Origin: Verrucomicrobiales bacterium
GTDB taxonomy: Bacteria > Verrucomicrobiota > Verrucomicrobiia > Limisphaerales > UBA1100
Direction: 5' to 3'
Length of the DNA stretch: 64,000 nucleotides
Assembly (NCBI GenBank): GCA_038145765.1
Contig: JAYQQG010000003.1
Coordinates: forward strand, 8,485 to 72,484
Position 1 is the stretch's first letter, and each line of letters opens with the position of its first letter. Under the pieces are notes generated by a model. The model saw nothing but the letters and a program-made list of their open reading frames with translations. It made no database searches and was not told where the DNA came from. Shown piece after piece: positions 1-8,696 of this stretch. The translations under genes and the position numbers were made by a program.

Positions 1-1
1 C

Positions 2-946
2 CTTCTCCTCACACTGTCTTTGGTTGGCGCCGCCGCCGCCAAGGAAATCCGCATTGGCCTGATCGGGCTCGACACCTCGCACGTTATTGCCTTCACCAAG
101 ATCATCAACGACCCCAAATCCACCGGCCCGCTGGCCAAGGCCAAGGTCACCGCGGCTTTTCGCGGCGGCAGCTGGGATGTGTCCTCCAGCTCCGGGCGCA
201 TTGATAAATACACCGAGCAACTCACCAAGGAGTACGGGCTGAAGCTTTATCCGACCATTGCTGAGCTATGCAAAAACGTCGATGCTGTGATGCTGGAGAG
301 CGTCGATGGCCGACCCAAGGTGCGCCAGATCATTCCAGTGCTCGATGCCGGGTTGCCGGTGTTTATCGACAAGCCGATGGCTGGATCGCTGGCCGATGCC
401 ATGTTCATTTTTGAGTACGCCAAGAAAAAGGGCGTGCCGATTTTTAGTTCATCCTCGTTGCGTTACGGCAAAACCACGCAGGCCGCGCGCGCCGGTGCGC
501 TCGGCAAAATCACCCATTGCGAGACCTTCAGCCCCTGCTCGCTGGAGGTGCATCATCCGGATCTGTTCTGGTACGGCGTGCACGGTTGCGAATCGCTCTT
601 CACTGTGATGGGCACCGGCTGTCAGGCCGTGGAACGCCGTACGACCGACGATGGCAAGATTGAGGTAGTCGGGAAATGGGCCGGCGGCCGCACCGGCATT
701 TTCCGTGAAGGCAAAGGCTACGGCGGCCACGCCAAGGGCTCCAAAGGCGAGGGCGAGGTGGGCAAATACGATGGCTACGCGCCGCTGGTCGTGGAGGCGG
801 TGAAAATGTTCCAGACCGGCAAAGTGCCGGTGCCCGCCGAGGAAACAATCGAATTGTTTGCTTTCATGGAAGCGGCCGACGAAAGCAAGCGGCTGGAAGG
901 CAAGCCCGTGAAGATCGCGGACATCATCGCCCGCGCACGGCAGTAA
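2..946 (+). CDS. Gfo/Idh/MocA family oxidoreductase (5' end probably outside window)
   Basis: ORF 20..946. Rossmann-like 'IRIGLIGLDTSHVIAF' and 'DAVMLESVDGRPK..PVFIDKPMA' blocks. The frame stays open back to base 2 (LLLTLSLVGAAAA, signal-like), so the true start is likely upstream of the window. Confidence 0.7.
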   Translation, partial: LLLTLSLVGAAAAKEIRIGLIGLDTSHVIAFTKIINDPKSTGPLAKAKVTAAFRGGSWDVSSSSGRIDKYTEQLTKEYGLKLYPTIAELCKNVDAVMLESVDGRPKVRQIIPVLDAGLPVFIDKPMAGSLADAMFIFEYAKKKGVPIFSSSSLRYGKTTQAARAGALGKITHCETFSPCSLEVHHPDLFWYGVHGCESLFTVMGTGCQAVERRTTDDGKIEVVGKWAGGRTGIFREGKGYGGHAKGSKGEGEVGKYDGYAPLVVEAVKMFQTGKVPVPAEETIELFAFMEAADESKRLEGKPVKIADIIARARQ

Positions 947-1033
947 TTGGTGCCGGGAGGGGCAAGTTCCACCTTGCCCCATTACCCCACTCGTGACTGC
1001 AGCTTGGGACGAGGTGGAACTCGTCGCTCCCAT

Positions 1034-1600
1034 TTAGCCCAGCTTCAAAAAATTCCGCAGCAACTCGCGGCCGTGGTCGGTGAGAATGCTCTCGGGATGA
1101 AACTGCACGCCCCAGATGGGGTGCTCCTGGTGGCGCAGGCCCATGACCTCGCCGGCTTCCGTCTCGGCCGTGATCTCCAGGCAATCCGGCACCGTGTCGC
1201 GTTTCACCACCAACGAATGATACCGCGTGGCCGTGTACGGGCTCGGGATGCCGGCAAACAAATCCTCGCCGTTATGCGTGATGGGAGAGGTTTTGCCGTG
1301 CATCATCACGTCATTCACCACCACTTCCGCCCCAAACGAATGCGCAATACACTGGTGCCCAAGGCAAACGCCGAGCAATGGCAGCCTGGGCCCAAACGTT
1401 TTGATGATCTTATTGGACAACCCCGCCTCGCGCGGCGTGCAGGGCCCGGGCGAAATCAGGATGCGCTCCGGCGCCAGTGCCTCCACCTGATCCAGCGTGA
1501 TCTCGTCATTGCGATGCACCTGCATCTCCACGTTTTCCTCGCCCAGATATTGCACGAGGTTAAACGTGAACGAATCGTAGTTGTCGATGACCAGAAGCAT
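1034..1600 (-). CDS. Anthranilate/aminodeoxychorismate synthase component II (class I glutamine amidotransferase, TrpG/PabA type)
   Basis: '[19 protein letters not shown]', 'LISPGPCTP', 'GVCLGHQ' and 'VQFHPES' motifs. Start moved to the internal ATG at 1600 (189 codons). Confidence 0.85.
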   Translation of the reverse strand: MLLVIDNYDSFTFNLVQYLGEENVEMQVHRNDEITLDQVEALAPERILISPGPCTPREAGLSNKIIKTFGPRLPLLGVCLGHQCIAHSFGAEVVVNDVMMHGKTSPITHNGEDLFAGIPSPYTATRYHSLVVKRDTVPDCLEITAETEAGEVMGLRHQEHPIWGVQFHPESILTDHGRELLRNFLKLG

Positions 1601-1610
1601 TGAAAATAAA

Positions 1611-1874
1611 TCATGCCTTGCCCGCGAGGATTCGTTCGTATTCATCATGCGACCCGATCCAAATCCAGACCAAGCCTTCCTCGCGTTCCTTGGCGAGCGC
1701 ACGATACCGAATGCCCACGCGCGCCGTCCAGAAAATCCCAATCTGCCTGAAGCGTAGCGATGGATGCCCGGGATTCGCCTGGAGAAGTTTAAAATTCTTG
1801 TCCGCCAAAGCCTGAATCGCCCGCGGTAACGCCCGATAGCATTTCCAAAACCGCGGTGAAGTGAAGTGGTTCAA
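1611..1874 (-). CDS. Type II toxin, RelE/ParE superfamily
   Basis: 87 aa with '[49 protein letters not shown]', a pattern typical of RelE/ParE-like toxins. Its ATG overlaps the upstream antitoxin stop by 4 nt. Confidence 0.65.
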   Translation of the reverse strand: MNHFTSPRFWKCYRALPRAIQALADKNFKLLQANPGHPSLRFRQIGIFWTARVGIRYRALAKEREEGLVWIWIGSHDEYERILAGKA

Positions 1875-2071
1875 AGTGGCTTGCAGCGGCCTGCCTCGAA
1901 GTCCTCATCCGCCTCCTTCGCCAAGTGATCCAATCTGCCTTCGGCGACATCCACGGCCATTTGGCGATCCCAATCATCGTCCTCAATGGACTGAAACCAC
2001 ACGCGCAATTCATCCCGTTCCTCAATGGTCAATTTTTGAACGGCATCCTGAATTTCTTCAACCGTGCTCAT
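1871..2071 (-). CDS. Putative antitoxin (addiction-module component) partner of the RelE/ParE-like toxin
   Basis: 66 aa acidic protein directly upstream of the toxin with a 4-nt overlap. The pairing and size are typical of a type II TA module. Confidence 0.55.
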   Translation of the reverse strand: MSTVEEIQDAVQKLTIEERDELRVWFQSIEDDDWDRQMAVDVAEGRLDHLAKEADEDFEAGRCKPL

Positions 2072-2101
2072 GTTGAAACCGTAACCCTTCCCCCCGCAAA
2101 A

Positions 2102-2704
2102 TCAAGCCTTGGCCTTGCGCTTGGGCTGGGGCAAGTCAAACAGCTCCAGTTGCGGTGGCGCAAAGAGATCGTAGTTTTTGAGGATGCGAATGACCTGCAG
2201 CAGATCGCTCTTCTGATAATTGCGGTTCACTTCAATGTGATCAATGAGATCGGACAACATGGTGCGAAACGGAACGACCGCATCAATGCCCTTGCTGTGC
2301 AGCAGATCGATGCTCTGCTGGCGCGCGTCGCCACCGGTGGGCAGGGCCGGCACCACCAGGATTTTGGTCAATGGGCCCGGACCGCCAAAGGCCGCTGTGG
2401 CACGCGCGAAGGTTTCCGGGCCGGCAAAGCGAAACATCTCCGGCGCATGCGCCAGCACGGCCTGGGTGAACACCTCCGTGTGCCACGCCTTCACCACCAC
2501 CACGGCGCGCGTGAGCGTCCCCAGGTCCCGCGCGTTCTCCAGCACAAACGGCACCTCACCGCCCTCGGCCGGGCCGCTGGGGTTGTGGACATAAAAATCG
2601 ATCTCATCATCCTCGCGCTTGGGCGCAATGTGCTTGCGATTCTGCCGCACAAAAAAGCCGTGCAACTCAAAGTATTCGCGGACGATGGTTTCGCTGACGG
2701 CCAT
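2102..2704 (-). CDS. Hypothetical protein (possible nuclease-like fold; function unknown)
   Basis: 200 aa ORF. Its ATG shares 1 nt with the aroB stop (TAATG). Basic C-terminal tail 'PKRKAKA'. I recognise no family motif. Confidence 0.5.
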   Translation of the reverse strand: MAVSETIVREYFELHGFFVRQNRKHIAPKREDDEIDFYVHNPSGPAEGGEVPFVLENARDLGTLTRAVVVVKAWHTEVFTQAVLAHAPEMFRFAGPETFARATAAFGGPGPLTKILVVPALPTGGDARQQSIDLLHSKGIDAVVPFRTMLSDLIDHIEVNRNYQKSDLLQVIRILKNYDLFAPPQLELFDLPQPKRKAKA

Positions 2705-3786
2705 TAGTCGAGGAGTGCCTGGCGCACCGAAGCTTCCGGCACGTGTTGTCCGGTGATCACGCGGCCGATGGACTGCGCGAGCACAAATTTGATTTCGCCG
2801 CCGCTGACTTTCTTGTCCAATTTCATCGCCGCCAACAGGCGCCCGGTTTGGGCGGCATTCAGCTTCACGCGGGTGGGCAAACCGGCCTCGGCAAACAACG
2901 CGGCAATGCGACCGACCTCTTCCGCGCTCAGGCCGCTCAGTTCCTGTGACAATTTCGCCGCGGCCACCTGACCGATGCTAATGGCCTCGCCGTGCAGATA
3001 TTTGCCGTACCGGGAAATCGCCTCAAGACCGTGGCCGATGGTGTGGCCGAAATTCAGGATCGCGCGCAGGCCGGCCTCCTTTTCGTCCTGCCCCACCACC
3101 TCGGCCTTGATCTGGCAGCACCGCGCAATCACGGCGCTGAGCGTGGCCGGATCCTGCGCCAGCAGTTTGGGCAAATCACGTTCCAGTCGCCGGAAGAGTT
3201 TGGCGTCGTAAATGATGCCGTACTTAATCACCTCCGCGAGGCCAGCCCTGAACTCGCGCACCGGCAAGGTGCCCAGCGTGTCCAGGTCGCACAGCACCAG
3301 TTTGGGCTGATAAAAGGCGCCCACTAGGTTTTTGCCGGCCGGCAAATTCACGCCCACCTTGCCGCCGACCGAACTGTCCACCTGAGCCAGCAAGGTCGTG
3401 GGCACCTGCACAAAATCAATCCCGCGCAAATAGGTGGCCGCCACAAACCCGCCCAGATCGCCCACCACCCCGCCGCCCAAGGCCACGACAAATGAGCCGC
3501 GCTCGAGCCGGTGTTGGGCCAGTTGATCATAACAGGCCTGCACATTCTTCAACGTCTTGGCCTGTTCACCGGCAGGTTGGGAAATAAAGATGGGATCGAA
3601 GCCGGCCGCCTTGAGCGAGGCCATCGCGGGTTTGCGATAACGCCGCGCCACGGTGGCATCGGAAATCACGGCGCACCGGCGGCCGAGCTTCAACCGCGCG
3701 CACTGGGCGCCCAACTCCGCGAGGAGGCCGTTCCCGATGCGGATCGGGTAAGAGCGGTCAGCCAGCGGTACCTTGACCGTGCGCAT
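2704..3786 (-). CDS. aroB: 3-dehydroquinate synthase
   Basis: 360 aa with 'GGGVVGDLGGFVAATYLRGIDFVQVPTTLLAQVDSSVGGKVGVN' and 'LNFGHTIGHGLE' motifs. Confidence 0.9.
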   Translation of the reverse strand: MRTVKVPLADRSYPIRIGNGLLAELGAQCARLKLGRRCAVISDATVARRYRKPAMASLKAAGFDPIFISQPAGEQAKTLKNVQACYDQLAQHRLERGSFVVALGGGVVGDLGGFVAATYLRGIDFVQVPTTLLAQVDSSVGGKVGVNLPAGKNLVGAFYQPKLVLCDLDTLGTLPVREFRAGLAEVIKYGIIYDAKLFRRLERDLPKLLAQDPATLSAVIARCCQIKAEVVGQDEKEAGLRAILNFGHTIGHGLEAISRYGKYLHGEAISIGQVAAAKLSQELSGLSAEEVGRIAALFAEAGLPTRVKLNAAQTGRLLAAMKLDKKVSGGEIKFVLAQSIGRVITGQHVPEASVRQALLD

Positions 3787-3796
3787 GGCTCACGGC

Positions 3797-5632
3797 TCAA
3801 GAGGCAAGCGGCGCGATGGACTCCACACGCATACGGCGGGTCTCGTCGCCCAGCTGAACCTCCACTTCCGCACCGGGTTCGCTGCCAAAGATGGCTTGGC
3901 CCAGCGGGGTGAGGTAACTGATGCGGTTATTGTCGGGGTCGCCGTCCCAGGCGCCCATGAGAGAGTATTCCTCGCTCTCGTTGTTGGCCAGGTTGGTCAC
4001 CTTGACGCGCGTGCCGACGTTGGCCGTGCTGGTGTCCGCATCGGCGTAATTGATGCCGCGAGCGCGGTCGATGTCGCTCTCCCATTCGGCCTGCAGTGCC
4101 ATAAGCACCTTTTGTTGTTCCTTGGCAGCCTTGAACTCGGCGTTCTCGCGCAAATCGCCATACTCTCGGGCGATCTCAATCTCCTTGGAGTTGGCCGGGA
4201 TGCGCTTTTGCATGAGCTCCTCGAGATCGTTTTTCTTCCGCTCGAGGCTGTCCCAAGAAACAATGAGTGACGAATCGCCCGGTTTCTTCTCGTCCTTGTC
4301 CTTGTCGCCATGTGTGATGAATGACTGGATCTCCGGATGCGCCTTGACGATCTTGCCGAGTACGGAGCGTTTGTCCATGCCTTCAAAGCAGGTGGACATC
4401 TGAATCGCGCGCACCACATCCTTCACCACCTCGATGTCGGCTCCGCTGGTGATGAGGTCGAAGAATTTCGCGTCCGTCAGCAAAAAATCGCGCAATTTGC
4501 TCGCTCGTTTCTCATCACTGGTCTCCCGTTCAATGGCCGACAGCATTGCGCCGAACGCTTCCGGCGTCAGCAAGGCCGCGTATTCCCCGCTCTTGTCCTT
4601 GGCCAACCAGAGGAGCAATTCGCCCGGTGCGCCGTGGTGGTTAATGAGGGAATTGAGTTCCTCTTTCAATTCCGCCTGATGACCTCCATTAGCCAGCAGT
4701 GCCACACAATCACCCACCAACCGTGCCGGTACTTGGGTGATGAGGTTCAGGAAATCCTGCGGCCACGTTTCCGTTGTGGCTTGATAGGATTCCAGTGCCC
4801 GCGATTGACGCGCCACCGGCATGGCCGGAATGATCTCCGCCAAACGGGGTTCCCCCGCCCATACCGCCGTGTCGGCAGGGGCGTCTTCAGAAACAGCCGC
4901 GCCCAGAGCCTTGGCTAAATCATCGCGTACCATCACCGCCTCCAAGGCGAGTGCCGGCTGCGTCCGGGCATGGCTATTGATTTCTTCGTTGAGCTTGGCC
5001 AACACCACTTCCGCTGCCGCCGCTTTATCCTCCAAATCAGCAGCGCTCTTGCCCAAATCCACCGCCACGGGGAGGCGGGCTTTGAGTCCGCGGGCGCCGG
5101 TGAAATCGCCCAGCAAGCGTTCTTGCAGCGGGATGTCTTCGGATTGGTACTCAAGCGCTTCGGTTTTTTTGGTCGGCACCTTGAAATGGCCGCCCTTTTT
5201 CATTTCACGGCGCGCGGTCTCCCACCATTTCTTGTAATCATCGGCTTCCACCACGTCGGGCACGAGCACCTCCTTTACCTTGTCGGTGGTGGCTAAATTC
5301 CCGAAGCTGTCAACAATCACCTTAATCACTTCATCATGATGCAGCGCGGCCATCTGCTTTAGGCCATCCATGTCCGTTGCCTTGCGAGCTTCGATATGGT
5401 CTTTGGCGATGGGGGAAAGAATTTTGGGCGCAAAGGCGAGGTCAATCGCATGGCCCGGCCTCCCCTCAAAATCGACGGTCAGTTTACCGAGCACGACGTC
5501 GACCGTTTTGATTTCGCCAAAGCCCCAGCTTTTGTGCATACAAAATCCCTCGGTGGCCAACTGAACGAGGGGCTCCACATCGGCGGCACGGATTTTCCCG
5601 CTGGCCGCCAATTTTTCAAATTCTTCTTTCAT
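3797..5632 (-). CDS. GreA/GreB-family transcript cleavage factor with ~450 aa N-terminal extension
   Basis: The C-terminal ~150 aa ('EIAREYGDLRENAEFKAAKEQQ..VGTRVKV..ISYLTPLGQAIFG') match GreA. Start set to 'MKEEFEKL' (ATG 5632). Confidence 0.75.
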   Translation of the reverse strand: MKEEFEKLAASGKIRAADVEPLVQLATEGFCMHKSWGFGEIKTVDVVLGKLTVDFEGRPGHAIDLAFAPKILSPIAKDHIEARKATDMDGLKQMAALHHDEVIKVIVDSFGNLATTDKVKEVLVPDVVEADDYKKWWETARREMKKGGHFKVPTKKTEALEYQSEDIPLQERLLGDFTGARGLKARLPVAVDLGKSAADLEDKAAAAEVVLAKLNEEINSHARTQPALALEAVMVRDDLAKALGAAVSEDAPADTAVWAGEPRLAEIIPAMPVARQSRALESYQATTETWPQDFLNLITQVPARLVGDCVALLANGGHQAELKEELNSLINHHGAPGELLLWLAKDKSGEYAALLTPEAFGAMLSAIERETSDEKRASKLRDFLLTDAKFFDLITSGADIEVVKDVVRAIQMSTCFEGMDKRSVLGKIVKAHPEIQSFITHGDKDKDEKKPGDSSLIVSWDSLERKKNDLEELMQKRIPANSKEIEIAREYGDLRENAEFKAAKEQQKVLMALQAEWESDIDRARGINYADADTSTANVGTRVKVTNLANNESEEYSLMGAWDGDPDNNRISYLTPLGQAIFGSEPGAEVEVQLGDETRRMRVESIAPLAS

Positions 5633-5698
5633 GCCTGTGACAATGCTCCGCCCGTGAAAGGGCTCGCGTGGAATTGCGTGTGCCGCAATAGTACGCCC

Positions 5699-6991
5699 GT
5701 GCCGAGGCAAAAACCAAGAGAAATCGCCGCCCGATTATTGCGGGAATGGGAACAGGAACCTGTTACGGCCGAAACGCTTTTAGCAGACGCCCTGCCTCAA
5801 CTCCATGGCCCTGACCGCGGCCTCTGCCAGGAACTGGTGCTGGGCGTCATTCGGCACCGCGCTTGGCTGGATTGGCTAATTGACCAGAAAACCGATGGCC
5901 GCCGTCAACAACCTCTCGCGCAAATCCTGTTGCGACTGGGATTGTACCAACTATTTCAACTCGATCGCGTGCCCGACCACGCCGCCGTCAATGAAACCGT
6001 AAACCTTGCCCGGAGGCATGATCTCGGGAATCAAAGCGGTTTCATTAATGCCGTCCTCCGCAATACACTTCGCGAAAAGCCCCAATGGATTGAGCGACTA
6101 GCTTATCTGCGCGAACGCCAACCCGCCGTCGGCCATTCACACCCACAATGGCTCGTGCAACGGTGGCAACACCGCTGGCCGCAGGACACCTGTGCGCTGC
6201 TGGAATGGAATAACCAACCCGCCGCCATCTTTGCGCGGCGCAACACCCTAAAGGTTACTGCAGAGGAGTTGGAACAGCATTGGAATGAGGAACACGTTTC
6301 GTATACTCCGTGCAACCTCCCTTGGTTGAGCCCGGGGTTGATGTATCGAATTGAACCCGTCGGCTCGCCGGCTACGTTGCCCAGTTTCGCCCAAGGCTTT
6401 TTCTACATACAGGACCCCAGTACGCTCGCCTCAGTGCAGGAACTCGATCCGCGCCCGGGTGAAAACATCCTCGATTTATGTGCCGCACCGGGAGGCAAGA
6501 CCACCGCCATCGCCCAGCGCATGCAAGACGAGGGCGCGGTGCTGGCCATTGATATCGAGGATCACCGCCTCGAACGGCTACGCGAAAACGCCACACGCCT
6601 TGGCATTACCTGTATTCAACCCAAAGCCCTCGCGCAAATTGACCTCTCCAATGCCGGTCCGTTTGACCGGATTTTGATTGATGCCCCCTGTTCCAATACG
6701 GGGGTGATGCGGCGGCGCGTGGACGTGCGCTGGCGGTTGAACTCCCGTGAACTCCCAACCCTGGCACGCACGCAACTGGACTTGCTACGCCGCGCCGCGC
6801 CGCGGCTCAAGCTAGGCGGCGTATTGGTCTACAGCACCTGCAGTATTGAGCCGGAGGAAAATGAAGAGGTGATTGCGGAGTTCCTTCGCAAGCATCGCAT
6901 GTTTCACCAAGAAAATGCACGCACCCTCACGCCCATGAAAGACGGAACGGACGGCGCATTTGTGGCGCGCCTACGGTCGGCTGAAGCCTAA
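5699..6991 (+). CDS. rsmB: 16S rRNA (cytosine967-C5)-methyltransferase RsmB/Sun
   Basis: NusB-like N-terminus plus an MTase core ('LDLCAAPGGKT', 'ILIDAPCSNTGV', 'LVYSTCS'). The track ORF 5396.. overlaps greA antisense. GTG at 5699 is proposed as the start but is uncertain. Confidence 0.8.
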   Translation: MPRQKPREIAARLLREWEQEPVTAETLLADALPQLHGPDRGLCQELVLGVIRHRAWLDWLIDQKTDGRRQQPLAQILLRLGLYQLFQLDRVPDHAAVNETVNLARRHDLGNQSGFINAVLRNTLREKPQWIERLAYLRERQPAVGHSHPQWLVQRWQHRWPQDTCALLEWNNQPAAIFARRNTLKVTAEELEQHWNEEHVSYTPCNLPWLSPGLMYRIEPVGSPATLPSFAQGFFYIQDPSTLASVQELDPRPGENILDLCAAPGGKTTAIAQRMQDEGAVLAIDIEDHRLERLRENATRLGITCIQPKALAQIDLSNAGPFDRILIDAPCSNTGVMRRRVDVRWRLNSRELPTLARTQLDLLRRAAPRLKLGGVLVYSTCSIEPEENEEVIAEFLRKHRMFHQENARTLTPMKDGTDGAFVARLRSAEA

Positions 6992-7914
6992 CGTTTTTTG
7001 CTTTTCAACAAACCGCCCGGTGGCGCGAAGTCGTCGGTTAATACCCCGGCATTAGCCGCACTCTTGGGCGGAGTCGCCCGAATTCGTGCCACGCGTGGCC
7101 CAAAAAACTTCGGCAACCTCGGCCGCGCCGCGCGGAGGATGGCCACCTTATTTTTCAGGGAAGCACTGGTCAGCGGTTCTTTCGATTTCACTGCCAGCAT
7201 CACGATATTGCGCGTGTCACTCGCTTGAAAGTGGTACACGTGTGGAAAAACCGATTTTAGGGTTTGATACATGGACCCCACAATGTCCGAGCGCCAGCCG
7301 TCATAAGTGCCAATTACGTTAAACACCAGCGCCCCGTTTTCAGTGAGATCATCGGCGGCCAATGCAAAAAACTCCTTCGTCGCCAAGTGAAACGGAATGT
7401 GGGTGCCAAACTGGTTTGAGGTGTAGGCATCCATTAAAATAGCGTCGTATTTGTGCGCTTTGTTCTGACGCAAAAACAGCCGCCCATCACTGAAATGGAT
7501 CTTGTGCTTCTCGTGTTCCTTTACATGAAAAAACTGCTTGGCCACCTGCGCCACCTTCGGATCCAGTTCCACGGTATCCAAATGAATGTCCGGATAATAA
7601 TGCTGAAACGCCCGCACCGTGCTGCCCCCGCCCAGCCCCATCAGGAGCATCCGCTGCGGTTTGGGATTCCAGAGGAGCGGCATCTGAAAATATTCGGTGT
7701 ACTCGAAATGCCCAAAGAGCGGATTGGGCAGCCACATCCGGGTTTCCATGGAGCCATTAAAACGCAACAGCCGATAGCCGCCGGAATCCTCCACCGTGAT
7801 CTGGTTGTAAGCCGACGTCGTCTTCAGCCGCACCTGCGCGGGCCCATCCCAGACAAGCGTCAACAGGAGGATGAGTCCGATTCTTCGGGTTCGTTTGTAT
7901 CCGTTTGTGGCCAT
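6988..7914 (-). CDS. Spermidine synthase-like (class I SAM-dependent aminopropyl/methyl-transferase fold) protein with N-terminal signal anchor
   Basis: 'MLLMGLGGGSTVRAF', 'LDTVELDPKV' and 'YDAILMDAYT' are typical of SpeE-like proteins. Start placed at 'MATNGYKRTRRIGLILLLTLVW' (7914). It overlaps the upstream membrane ORF by 55 nt in another frame. Confidence 0.65.
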   Translation of the reverse strand: MATNGYKRTRRIGLILLLTLVWDGPAQVRLKTTSAYNQITVEDSGGYRLLRFNGSMETRMWLPNPLFGHFEYTEYFQMPLLWNPKPQRMLLMGLGGGSTVRAFQHYYPDIHLDTVELDPKVAQVAKQFFHVKEHEKHKIHFSDGRLFLRQNKAHKYDAILMDAYTSNQFGTHIPFHLATKEFFALAADDLTENGALVFNVIGTYDGWRSDIVGSMYQTLKSVFPHVYHFQASDTRNIVMLAVKSKEPLTSASLKNKVAILRAARPRLPKFFGPRVARIRATPPKSAANAGVLTDDFAPPGGLLKSKKR

Positions 7915-8696
7915 AACCGATCCAAGGCAAAACATAACCCCGCCAAGCCAAACGTCAACCATCCGGTAAACCGGAACAGCGCGGAGTTGGAAAAATGATC
8001 CAGCAAGATATACGCCGTGACGAATACTCCTGCGATACTGCCCACCGTGCTGGCCGCGTACACCGTTCCACTCAAGGTGCCCACATGTTCCACCTGTTGT
8101 GCCGCCAGCCGAATAATGTACGGAGAAATCATCGCCAGCACGAAACACGGCAACAGAAACACAATCGCACTCCCCAGTGCCGGGGCCATTTTTTGCCAAA
8201 AAGGTGGCACCTCCATCCACGCTTCCCTCGGTGCCAAATCCGTAATCGCATTCGCTTCCACTGTATTCGTGCCGGACAAAAAATCGGCTGGTAATTCGGA
8301 TATCAGATCGCTGGCCGGAGCGGTCTCCGGTAATTTTGGCGCTACTTTTTCCCCCGTGGTCGAGACCGATGCATATCGATCCACGATCATATCCAGAGCT
8401 CCTCCGGCAACATGCGGAATCAGCAAAATAAAAATCCCGGCAGGAATCAGCATGAACCCCAACGGTCTAGCCGTTTGCCAACGATCAGCCAATCGGCCGC
8501 CCACCGCATAGCCCATCGCCAAGGCCAGCATCACCACGCCAATCTGGCTGGTCCAAATATAAAACGAGCCTCCGAAAAACGGTTGCAAAAATCGTGCCCC
8601 CACAATCTCCAAAACCATCACGGCAAACCCACCAAAGAATACCAGCGCGCCAAGCGCCCAGTTGCGGCCACGTGAAGCTGGGGGTTCCGCCGACAT
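7860..8696 (-). CDS. Polytopic membrane protein resembling the N-terminal membrane module of fused MFS/spermidine-synthase proteins
   Basis: 278 aa with multiple hydrophobic helices ('ALGALVFFGGFAVMVLEIVGARF', 'TVYAASTVGSIAGVFVTAYILL'). Its ATG shares 1 nt with the upstream radical SAM stop. Confidence 0.6.
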   Translation of the reverse strand: MSAEPPASRGRNWALGALVFFGGFAVMVLEIVGARFLQPFFGGSFYIWTSQIGVVMLALAMGYAVGGRLADRWQTARPLGFMLIPAGIFILLIPHVAGGALDMIVDRYASVSTTGEKVAPKLPETAPASDLISELPADFLSGTNTVEANAITDLAPREAWMEVPPFWQKMAPALGSAIVFLLPCFVLAMISPYIIRLAAQQVEHVGTLSGTVYAASTVGSIAGVFVTAYILLDHFSNSALFRFTGWLTFGLAGLCFALDRLWPQTDTNEPEESDSSSC

